A stretch of DNA of 64,000 nucleotides, taken from positions 1,024,001 to 1,088,000 of the forward strand of contig OZ245020.1 of assembly GCA_965223865.1 (NCBI GenBank), in the 5' to 3' direction. The notes beneath the pieces are model-generated. The model was not told the DNA's origin and did no database searches. It worked only from the letters and a program-made list of their open reading frames with translations. The stretch comes from Nitrosarchaeum sp. (GTDB lineage: Archaea; Thermoproteota; Nitrososphaeria; Nitrososphaerales; Nitrosopumilaceae). This document shows positions 9,742 to 18,617 of this stretch, piece after piece (within the stretch, counting starts at the first letter, position 1; the number at the start of each line of letters is the position of its first letter). Both the position numbers and the translations under genes were made by a program.

Positions 9742-10962
9742 TTAAGGAGAATCAAGAGTGATGTAACCCGATTTATAATAAACAATATCAATTTCATTCC
9801 CTACAATTTCTCTTAACATCTTGTCAGTTCTTTCTAGAGTCTCTCTGGTAAATTTTTCTTTCACTATTCCTACTTTAATACCTGCAACCTTTCCAGCATA
9901 TCGCTCGTCTAATGAATATGCATCAAGACCAAATGTCACCCCAGAAAAACTTGGAATTGGAAATTTTTCTCTATCATAAGTGCCAAATTTTTCAGAAAAC
10001 AGAGTACTCTTTTCCCAAAGTGTCTTTACTAACTCCCATGATACTTTTTCATTAAAGGCCATATCTGCATGAAGTATAATCAATTCTTGTTCATCATAGA
10101 GTTCATTTCTTTCTTTTTCTGCAATATTTGGATCTTCAATCAAAGTATCTAACTCTAATTTCCTTTTTTCTAATAGTCGAAGATCTTCCAATGACAACAA
10201 ATCTTCCTGTACCATCATCCCTGTGCCCCTTATCACTACTGGACTGTATTTTAGAATATGACTATCTCCTTTAGATTCCTTTTTGGCCCAACCACGTTCT
10301 GTCAATTTTGATATAGAACCTGAATCTACACAAACAGGAATATGCTTTTGTTCATAAAACTTGTATATCTTTGAAAGGTTTGGGTGGCAAATTACTTCCT
10401 GGAAACTGACATCATTTTTCATCTGCTTTAGTGGTGGCAGTATGTGTGAATATGGAGGGTTGTGGATGACGTCACATGAAACATTTGTTATGTTATCAGA
10501 AAGTCCAAACGTACCAATAATTTCAATTTCTTTAGAACCTGACGATAACAAAATTCCGTATTCTCTGCTCTGTGCATGACCTGTTTCATTATAACTTGTT
10601 TCCTCACCATCCACTAAGATGATAAACTCCTTGTCTTTGTCTTCATGTTTCATATCCAACAAATCCCTCGGTATGTCAATTACAAGCGTTCCAGAATCAT
10701 TTGATGTAATGCGGATAACAAGAGAGTTGGATTCGCAATAGGGAATTATCTCATCAATTGTGCTATTTGTTATGTTGTATGGAATATTGTATTTGATCTG
10801 TTTTGTTGTTATGCTGTAAACATCTGATAGTGGAATCGTTGTTGGGGAATAACTAGAAGAGTACATTATCTGGGCATTTGCATCTGGAATAGTCAGAAAA
10901 TAGGACAACGCCGGTACGCCACAAACAGCAATTGCAAAAATTATCAAAAGCCTAGTTTTCAT
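9742..10962 (-). CDS. Secreted protein with PEFG-CTERM-associated-type domain and PLKQ-Cys module
   Basis: MKTRLLII start; GTLVIDIPRDLLD..FIILVDGEE..EIEIIGT; PPLKQ..C..CV..ERGW. Confidence 0.8.
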   Translation of the reverse strand: MKTRLLIIFAIAVCGVPALSYFLTIPDANAQIMYSSSYSPTTIPLSDVYSITTKQIKYNIPYNITNSTIDEIIPYCESNSLVIRITSNDSGTLVIDIPRDLLDMKHEDKDKEFIILVDGEETSYNETGHAQSREYGILLSSGSKEIEIIGTFGLSDNITNVSCDVIHNPPYSHILPPLKQMKNDVSFQEVICHPNLSKIYKFYEQKHIPVCVDSGSISKLTERGWAKKESKGDSHILKYSPVVIRGTGMMVQEDLLSLEDLRLLEKRKLELDTLIEDPNIAEKERNELYDEQELIILHADMAFNEKVSWELVKTLWEKSTLFSEKFGTYDREKFPIPSFSGVTFGLDAYSLDERYAGKVAGIKVGIVKEKFTRETLERTDKMLREIVGNEIDIVYYKSGYITLDSP

Positions 10963-10964
10963 TT

Positions 10965-13109
10965 TCAATCCGAATCTTTGGAAATCAAAAACATGTCATT
11001 GTACTCATGTTCAGGGAAAAAGTTCCTGACAATCTCTTTTTTGATAAATTCCACATTCTTTCCGTTTATGGCATAGTAAAAACCGTCATCTTTGAACCTG
11101 ACCTCATATGTCCTGAGTCTTTCATTGTCTGTATCGTCTTCTCTTTCAAATACGTATTTGTTAACGGTAATTGCTGTGTCTCCTAATTGGAACAATTCAG
11201 AGTGTGATTTTGTCCAGTATGTGTATCCTGTACTGACTGAGTATTTTCCAATTTCCATGAGTATTTTTCCAGAATTGTCAGGAAAGTCAAGATATGATAT
11301 TTTTGCCCTGTATTGCTCGGGCGCAATTTCAGACAAGTCGTATCCGGCAAACTGTAATGGAATGGGCGGATAATCAGGATATGTATTTGCAAACGACTCT
11401 GCAAGGAATTCAGATCCGCTGCGAAAGTCATCAAATGAGATCTCCCTGCCATAGCCGATTACCCCATTCTCTGTTTTGGTCCATCTTGGCGGTTCTGCAT
11501 ACAGCAATCCGTTCTCATCAACTGACAGGTCAAGATAAGGCAGCGCAGTCATCGGAGTTGACCTGTGAATCATTCCGGTAGTCATCGCACCGTCAACTAC
11601 CCTGTACATGCCACCTTGACACGGATTCTCAATCCTCTGCCTTCCGTCATCTGGCCAATACTTTACGATGCATGCATCATCAAGAGACTTTGCATTGTAT
11701 GCCCTGTATGCCGAGGCATCATTTGCATCACCGCCCATCCATTCTGGAAGGCGAATCAGCATGAACAGCCTGTAAGTGTCGGCGTTTCTAGGTATTGGCG
11801 TATTGGGTTCATGTATTGGGGATTCTGGATAATAGAATAATTCCATGCTGTTTGGTTTCATTGTTGAAATATTTTCAAAATTGATAAGATCTTTTTTGAT
11901 TGCCTGAGAATCTTTTGTTTTAGTTTCTGAGATTAGTTTTGTTTCTACAGTTTCTCCATGTTCCTTGCAATCATATTTTGCAATTTTTTGTTCAATATGC
12001 TCTTGAGGCAGTTCATACTGGTGAACCCTTTGATAGTAGCAATGAAAATCAACATTAATTATGTCATGATTCTCATCAAAAACCAAATTCATCCTGACAA
12101 AATAACCCTCATCGCTTCCAGAAGAATATGAGACATGATCCATTCTTACTGAGACCTGTACGTCATCATACGTTTCATAAAACGCTACAACTTCTGGCAG
12201 ATTCTTGAAGCGCTCAAGTAGAGAGAAATCAGATTTTGTTTCATGTTTGGCCCATCCCCTTTCAATGAGCTTGTCCCTTGTTTCGGGTGTAACACATGCG
12301 GTTCTGCCATCATAAAATTGATGTTCCTTTTGTGATAGTTTTTGGTACCCTTCCTTGCACTGTATGAAAAATGACTCCATTCCAAGATCTGACTGCTGGC
12401 GTGGTGAGAGTTGTGCAGTTGCATCTACAAGGTTGCCTGTCTTTGTCTGCACATCTCCTGTTGAAAATTTGCCTTTTTCATTTACCGAAAACTCCCAGTC
12501 AATTACTATTGTACATGTTTTCTTTTCTGTCCTTGGTTGCTCATAATGATACAGTACAATGTTTGTTCTATAGTCTCCCTGTTTTACTGTCTTTGTCAGG
12601 ACTTCAAATTTTGATTTTCCCTCCATAAAGTCGTACAGTCTCTTTTCTTCATCAATTACAGCATCTTTGCCAAAAGTTTCAATTCCGAAGACGAGTGAAC
12701 CAGAATCCAAACCAATTCCAAACCCTGTAACTTGATTGTTGTTCTCATCATATACGTATCCGTAATATCTTGGCTGTCCACTTTCTTCTGGCATAACCGC
12801 TTTGAGGTAACGGTACGAATCAGTCCCGTGTTCATTTAGAAACATGAAAAAATTTCCTTCAGTTTCTGCCAGTTTTTTGGTGGGATTGCTGACTAGGTCA
12901 GTGTCTTTGATTTCAAATGTTGGAATGGTGCATTGTGCATCCTTTGGATCCTGGACAAACTCTCTTACTCCATTTCCAATTCTGTAAATGTTTGGCTGTT
13001 CATCAAAAAATTCTGAAACACCAGAAATGAGACCATGGCCTTGCTGGATTGGTATTGCAAATACAAGCAATCCCAAGACTGCAATTATGACAAAATGTTT
13101 CAAATACAT
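10965..13109 (-). CDS. Secreted multidomain protein with Cys module and degenerate Rieske-like domain
   Basis: Signal peptide; ACVTPETRDKLIERGW; SLDDAC...ENPCQGGMY. Confidence 0.8.
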   Translation of the reverse strand: MYLKHFVIIAVLGLLVFAIPIQQGHGLISGVSEFFDEQPNIYRIGNGVREFVQDPKDAQCTIPTFEIKDTDLVSNPTKKLAETEGNFFMFLNEHGTDSYRYLKAVMPEESGQPRYYGYVYDENNNQVTGFGIGLDSGSLVFGIETFGKDAVIDEEKRLYDFMEGKSKFEVLTKTVKQGDYRTNIVLYHYEQPRTEKKTCTIVIDWEFSVNEKGKFSTGDVQTKTGNLVDATAQLSPRQQSDLGMESFFIQCKEGYQKLSQKEHQFYDGRTACVTPETRDKLIERGWAKHETKSDFSLLERFKNLPEVVAFYETYDDVQVSVRMDHVSYSSGSDEGYFVRMNLVFDENHDIINVDFHCYYQRVHQYELPQEHIEQKIAKYDCKEHGETVETKLISETKTKDSQAIKKDLINFENISTMKPNSMELFYYPESPIHEPNTPIPRNADTYRLFMLIRLPEWMGGDANDASAYRAYNAKSLDDACIVKYWPDDGRQRIENPCQGGMYRVVDGAMTTGMIHRSTPMTALPYLDLSVDENGLLYAEPPRWTKTENGVIGYGREISFDDFRSGSEFLAESFANTYPDYPPIPLQFAGYDLSEIAPEQYRAKISYLDFPDNSGKILMEIGKYSVSTGYTYWTKSHSELFQLGDTAITVNKYVFEREDDTDNERLRTYEVRFKDDGFYYAINGKNVEFIKKEIVRNFFPEHEYNDMFLISKDSD

Positions 13110-13128
13110 CTTGGTTTCAAAATAACAA

Positions 13129-13146
13129 ATTCATAAGTTCTTCTAA
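13129..13146 (-). promoter_or_regulatory. AGAAGAACTTATGAA motif
   Basis: Minus-strand TTAGAAGAACTTATGAAT, 27 nt before ATG 13109. Confidence 0.65.
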
Positions 13147-13184
13147 CAATTTATGTTCCTGAGACAGACATCCAAGAAACTGTT

Positions 13185-14534
13185 TTACGGGATTGGTATT
13201 TTAAATTCCCACGGGCCTTCAATGATAACAAGTTTTCCTGGGGGACGGTGCTCTTGCGGCAAGTTTGTTTGGGATGGTAATGCAGAAGAACGCATACCAG
13301 AATGAGATTCATCAATTCCATCTTGGTTGCGTTTAAACCATTGAATCTCCTTTATACTAACGGTCAACTCCTTAGCTTTTGGATCAAGTAGAGGTAGCAA
13401 GAATTGATACCATTCCTGCTCTGATACTGCCTCTTTTGTGGAAAGGTCTGGCCCTGTATGTCTAGTACCGCCATTTTCAAATGCTGTGTGATATAGATTA
13501 CCTAGATCATCCCTTAGTGCAATTACAAACCGCGGTTCACCAAGCATGCTAGTTATGCTGTTTACCTTATCCACATTGGTAAAATCTTCTTCAGATATCT
13601 TGATTCGTTGCTCAGAATAAAATATCATCTTCATTATATTCTCATAAATCTCAAGTGATGCCATTGTCACCTTGATTCCGTCAACGTAAACCTGCTTTGC
13701 TATTGGCACTACTCTTGTCAGGTTTCTTGGTTTGAGCTTGAATCCCGGCTCTAGCACATCAGGGTCCACGTCCTGGAATTCAAACCTTGTATCCTTGCCG
13801 ATGCTCCAAAATGATCTTCCTTCAGGCTTTACATCCAATATTATTGAGGAAAAACAACGAGGCAATGGAGCAGGCGGAGATGCAGGACGCTTGCCGCCTC
13901 TTTCTCTGCTTTGTCTTCGCTGCAGTCTGAACTGCTCTTGTTGCTGCTGTTCTGTCTTTCTTTGCTCTGCAAAAGAGCCTTCCTTGAAGGAAATGCTGAT
14001 TTTGTCATCTTTTTGAATCAGCAAGTCTTTGGCATCATCCCAGTCTATCTGTTCTTTGTATCCGGGCATTATCTTCTCAAGCATGTCAAGCGTTCCAAGT
14101 GTTATGGTGGTTGCAGTTGAGTCTTTGTCATTTGGAAATGACAAATCTGGATTGTCCTCAAACCTGCTTACTCTCACTAGGCCGGTTTGACCTCCTCTCG
14201 AACCCAAGTGTGATTCTACCAAACGGTTTATTCTGATTTTTGGGTACGGGTCTGGTCTTTCTGATGAGCTGTTTTTGTTTTTATATTCTATTTCAACATC
14301 ATAGATTCTCGCGTTCTTGTTTGTCACATAGTTTCTATCTTCATCAAGGGCAAAACATATGGCAGCAGTACTTTTTGTAGTTCCTTCAAGTTTTACGACA
14401 TTCCCCTGTTTGATGTCAAGCTGTTTCATGTGGCTCTGTCCTATCCTTACAACTGACTTACATTGGTCATCCTCATCTGCAGGATGTATCCTGAACATAA
14501 GATGAGATGTATGTTGATCAGCATTATTGTTCAT
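13185..14534 (-). CDS. Cytoplasmic protein with Cdc48/VAT N-domain-like N-terminus, no AAA domain
   Basis: DQCKSVVRIGQSHMKQLDIKQGNVVKLEG; Gln/Arg/Pro-rich linker; no Walker A. Confidence 0.7.
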   Translation of the reverse strand: MNNNADQHTSHLMFRIHPADEDDQCKSVVRIGQSHMKQLDIKQGNVVKLEGTTKSTAAICFALDEDRNYVTNKNARIYDVEIEYKNKNSSSERPDPYPKIRINRLVESHLGSRGGQTGLVRVSRFEDNPDLSFPNDKDSTATTITLGTLDMLEKIMPGYKEQIDWDDAKDLLIQKDDKISISFKEGSFAEQRKTEQQQQEQFRLQRRQSRERGGKRPASPPAPLPRCFSSIILDVKPEGRSFWSIGKDTRFEFQDVDPDVLEPGFKLKPRNLTRVVPIAKQVYVDGIKVTMASLEIYENIMKMIFYSEQRIKISEEDFTNVDKVNSITSMLGEPRFVIALRDDLGNLYHTAFENGGTRHTGPDLSTKEAVSEQEWYQFLLPLLDPKAKELTVSIKEIQWFKRNQDGIDESHSGMRSSALPSQTNLPQEHRPPGKLVIIEGPWEFKIPIP

Positions 14535-14621
14535 AGAATTAGCCCTCCATAGTTTTCTGATTTAAAACATTGTTCATTTTCTCATGTCTCTTTTTCATTC
14601 TAGATATCTCAATTGATTTTC

Positions 14622-17600
14622 TTATGAACTAAAAGATATTTCCCATGGAATATCTTTTGGAATCACCTCATCGGCTAGAGATGCGTATAGTTCAATTTCA
14701 TCAGGATTATTCTCCAAATCCTTTTGCAATATTATTTCAATTATCTTTGATTGTGAGTTTATCTCCACAAATACTAGTGGGATAGATTCTGTTATGTTTT
14801 GTTGATCAATTTTCCAGTCCAAATTATTTTTTATTGAATCTTCAAAAGTTTCTTTTGCTAAAACATACTTTGCGTATACTTCAGGACCAAACTTGTACAT
14901 CTTGATGTTTTCTGCTTCGATTTCACCTATTCTTTCAAATATCTCCTCAGAAGTGTACTCTATAACATCACCCTCATTTCCGAAAATATTTTGTTGAGAG
15001 TGTATGTTCATCTCAATCATCATGAGTTTTTCTGCAGTCTTAAATCCAAGATCTCCGTTGTAGGTGCCATTTCTGACGGTACCAACATCCATTGTCATCA
15101 GGTTATCTAGTGAAAAGTAATTGTATTTTGCCATAGATTCCAGTTCGGCAAGCTGTTCCTCAATATCCTGTGAAGATTCAGGACCATATGAGACAAATAT
15201 TCTGTCATCTTCAGTTATTACATATTGAGAGATGTCCCCCTTTCTCTCATCATTTACATAAAATTTCAAAACATATTCATCATCATTGCAAAAGTCCCTT
15301 CCATCTGGAAATACAAAACATTCTTGGTTTAGATTCATACCAAGAGTCTCAAAGAACAACCCGATGGTTGCATCTTTAGAGTTTCTGTGGATGAGGTCTG
15401 GTTGTGCAGGCTCTAAATTGATCTTTGGATCTTTTAGATGAAACTGTGGTTGTGAGAAATCAAACTTGTCTCCAAACACCTTGACTAGAATGGTTGCATG
15501 CGCATGTGGTCCTTCTTGAATTATTCCTGATTCTGGAGAATAGTATGATGTGGTCCACTCATCAACTATCTTGTATTGTAGATGAGTATAGTATGCATGT
15601 GTTGCATCATTCATTGTTTTTTCAAACGGACACAAGACAGTCTCATTTATGATTGCCTCAGTATTTGGAAGCAATTCTACTTTGGGCTTGAACATGGAGA
15701 CAAACTTGATGTCATAGATTCCATTTTCGTCAGGATAAATTCCCTTGTCCGTTGACCTAAAGTATACGGTGTCTGTATCAGTCCTTGTGGGCAATGTGTA
15801 GTGCCAACCAGATTCTCCTTCGACTCTTTCCTCTCCATTACATAACAAAGGAAATACAAAAAGTGGCATGGGAATACCAAAGTTTTCAGGCATTCTTTCT
15901 CTGTCTATTGCATCATTTCCATTCTGGTCCACTGTTTCAGATATTCTGTATGGGTCAGGCAAAAAGCCCCACAACTTGTCACGGTTGTCTCCGTGATATC
16001 CGATTGATTGAAATGTCCAGTGGGTTGTGTCTGGATATCCTCCCTGAGATACCTCGGTAATCAACAAAGGAATCAATCCCTTATTGTTTACCCTATCACC
16101 TGGACTCAATATGGTGCCAATTGTAGGAGATACAATAGTTCTATCCCTTGGGTTTTGTCTTTCTGTCAAATCCTCAGATTCAGTTAGCAGAAAAGTATCA
16201 TCAATCTCTGCAAGATGTACTATGTTGTTTTGTACAAGTGTAATCTCTACTGTGTGTTTTAGTGGATTCTTGTCACCATCATATATTGGATTATTTGACT
16301 CAAAAGAACCTTTGATGATAAATGCTGGAGGAACAGAATGCCTTGTCATGTAAATTTCCAATTTTAAAGAGTCTTCAACTATTTTTGTAGAAAGTTTAGG
16401 ATGTGACAGAAGATAGTTTTTTGCAGCATTAAGCGCTATCGTTTCAAATGACTTGTCAGATATAATTTCCCTATCCAGCATTCTGTCATAACTTGCAGCA
16501 GTGACACATATTGGCTGCATGTCATCATCTTGTCGCAGTGCAAGTACATATCCTTTAGAGCGTTCTTCATTGCATCGTACATCTTCAATCTCAACTCCTG
16601 ATTTTATCTGATGGTTTGGTGGCAGTATCTCTTTGATTATTCCGAGACATTCTTTAGGTGTCCCATTGGGACTCAGATTCTTCATGTCTTCAAAAGAGCC
16701 TCCCAAGTCATGGCTTGCAGTATACAGTATGCAGTTGGTATCAGAGTCTCCTTTTGCAACAAAGTAAATGCTGTCGTTTTGAGTTGCAATGTCTGGAAAT
16801 CTAAATGCAGGAGGATTGCTCTCCAGCACATCTACAGGTTTTGCAAACGACTTGCCACCATCATTGCTGCGAGAAACATAGATGGCGCCATCACCATACG
16901 GAGGATTCTTGGTAGTCATTGCCATAGAGTAGAGATTCGAATCATTTTTGACAGTAATTATATCCCCATACATGTTGAGTAGATCATTTAATGGGTGAAC
17001 CTTTACCTCAAAGTCACCACCTAAATTATCACTTGTCGCGTACCATATTTTCTCTGTCTGGTTTTTTCCATCCCAGTAAACCTCATTCCATTTGACATAG
17101 ACAAAGTCATCATGTGCAAAAATGCTAGATCCTTGTGAGCCATGAATATCAATTGATTCTGGATCAGAGTTGAGCTTGGAGGGTTCTGAGAACGTCTCAC
17201 CCCTGTCATGACTCTTAACAAACACAAAATGCCATCTGTCATTTTCCCATGCCCTCCATGCAGCATACACGTTATCTTCTGAAACAGCAATGTTTGCAAA
17301 TGTAACTGCAGTGTCTCCCCCATTAACGCTGATAATTTCACTCAGGGTTCCATTAGGAAGAATCTTTCTTAGTAACAATTCTCCTTTCTCGTCATAGTTT
17401 TTTCCGTCATCTGCCATGACATAGATTGTACCATCTCGTTTGTCCACTTCAAAGTCTACAAACTCATCCCATTGTGAAAACTCAAAGATTACCTTGGGTT
17501 CAGAAAATGTGTTTCCAAAATCATTACTGCTTATGACAATGATGTTGTTGTTCTTTGTGTTTCTATCCCAGTTGTTTGCAAATATGTACACAACATCATT

Positions 17601-18059
17601 TGATTCTATGATGCCAAGTGGTCTGAATATTAAATTCTCAGGATCATTTACTGGATCCATTATCCGTGGTTTGTCAAACGTGTTACCACCATCGTTGCTT
17701 TTTGTAAAGTAGATGGCATCAATACCGTCTGGGTCGATTCTATCCTCCCAGACTATGTAGACATTATTTTCTGCAACTATGATTTTTGGATCAGGATAAA
17801 ATGAGCTGCCATTTGTGAGATTTATTGGCTCATCAAATGTTTTTCCGTTATCAGTGCTTTTTGCAAAAAACAAATCCAAAAACTGTGGACCAGAACCTTC
17901 CGGCCACACCACATACACTCCAGAACCATCCACGGCAATTTTAGGGTCATCAACTCCCCTTGATGCGTGGATGTCATGCACTGAATATGCAGAATTATTG
18001 ATTCCAAAAGAAAACAGCATTACTATTCCAAGAACTAGCACAATCACACCAAAATGCAT
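14622..18059 (-). CDS. Large secreted BNR/Asp-box (sialidase-like propeller) multidomain protein
   Basis: Repeated S-x-D-x-G-x-(T/S)-F boxes; start moved to ATG 18059 because ATG 18086 lies inside the upstream motif. Confidence 0.85.
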   Translation of the reverse strand: MHFGVIVLVLGIVMLFSFGINNSAYSVHDIHASRGVDDPKIAVDGSGVYVVWPEGSGPQFLDLFFAKSTDNGKTFDEPINLTNGSSFYPDPKIIVAENNVYIVWEDRIDPDGIDAIYFTKSNDGGNTFDKPRIMDPVNDPENLIFRPLGIIESNDVVYIFANNWDRNTKNNNIIVISSNDFGNTFSEPKVIFEFSQWDEFVDFEVDKRDGTIYVMADDGKNYDEKGELLLRKILPNGTLSEIISVNGGDTAVTFANIAVSEDNVYAAWRAWENDRWHFVFVKSHDRGETFSEPSKLNSDPESIDIHGSQGSSIFAHDDFVYVKWNEVYWDGKNQTEKIWYATSDNLGGDFEVKVHPLNDLLNMYGDIITVKNDSNLYSMAMTTKNPPYGDGAIYVSRSNDGGKSFAKPVDVLESNPPAFRFPDIATQNDSIYFVAKGDSDTNCILYTASHDLGGSFEDMKNLSPNGTPKECLGIIKEILPPNHQIKSGVEIEDVRCNEERSKGYVLALRQDDDMQPICVTAASYDRMLDREIISDKSFETIALNAAKNYLLSHPKLSTKIVEDSLKLEIYMTRHSVPPAFIIKGSFESNNPIYDGDKNPLKHTVEITLVQNNIVHLAEIDDTFLLTESEDLTERQNPRDRTIVSPTIGTILSPGDRVNNKGLIPLLITEVSQGGYPDTTHWTFQSIGYHGDNRDKLWGFLPDPYRISETVDQNGNDAIDRERMPENFGIPMPLFVFPLLCNGEERVEGESGWHYTLPTRTDTDTVYFRSTDKGIYPDENGIYDIKFVSMFKPKVELLPNTEAIINETVLCPFEKTMNDATHAYYTHLQYKIVDEWTTSYYSPESGIIQEGPHAHATILVKVFGDKFDFSQPQFHLKDPKINLEPAQPDLIHRNSKDATIGLFFETLGMNLNQECFVFPDGRDFCNDDEYVLKFYVNDERKGDISQYVITEDDRIFVSYGPESSQDIEEQLAELESMAKYNYFSLDNLMTMDVGTVRNGTYNGDLGFKTAEKLMMIEMNIHSQQNIFGNEGDVIEYTSEEIFERIGEIEAENIKMYKFGPEVYAKYVLAKETFEDSIKNNLDWKIDQQNITESIPLVFVEINSQSKIIEIILQKDLENNPDEIELYASLADEVIPKDIPWEISFSS

Positions 18060-18080
18060 ATGACAAAGCATCGGTACCAA

Positions 18081-18098
18081 GTTCATAAGTTCTTCTAA
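18081..18098 (-). promoter_or_regulatory. AGAAGAACTTATGAA motif
   Basis: Minus-strand TTAGAAGAACTTATGAAC, 29 nt before ATG 18059. Confidence 0.65.
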
Positions 18099-18189
18099 GA
18101 ATTCCCATTAATAGAAAAAATACTAGTCGATTTGGAGTAAAAGAATCATGGATTAGATGAGGTCCTATCTTATCTGTATCAATTTGGAA

Positions 18190-18575
18190 TCTAGTTTATC
18201 ATTTCAGCAATATTGATTATCAATTCGGCATCTTTTCGGAGAGTCAAATTATCAATTCAGAAATAAATTCTAACAATTCAGTATCAATTCGGTGGAAGAT
18301 TTCGATTGATCCGGATTGATAACTATCTTTCCGGTAAACAAAAATGACTTTATCGGATTGATATTCAGATAGAATTCAAATGTACCGGAAAGATACCTGA
18401 AAAATCAAGCCTTTTCAAGCTTCTATCGAGAGCCACAAGGCTTGACCTGAAGCCTCTACCGATGGACATTTCTGGACATTGTCCAATTTTATCCGATAAA
18501 ATTCAAAACTGTCCAATTTTGTCTACAAAATTCACGTATGTCAAGAATTATCTGAGAATATCCATTCTGTCCAAA
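18190..18575 (+). repeat. Repeat-rich non-coding region, copy 1 (inverted homolog of 47990-48500)
   Basis: Blocks of ATCAATTCGG/CCGGATTGAT, AAGCCT and GGACATT/TGTCCAA units; long near-identity to the reverse complement of copy 2. Confidence 0.9.
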
Positions 18576-18617
18576 GAATAGCAATAGTTATCAACAATCA
18601 TTTTGGGCAGGATCGCA

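Noticed and set aside
18190-18575. CRISPR array interpretation of the repeat-rich regions
   Set aside because: Units are ~10 bp, degenerate and in mixed orientation, without unique 30-40 bp spacers; no cas genes present.
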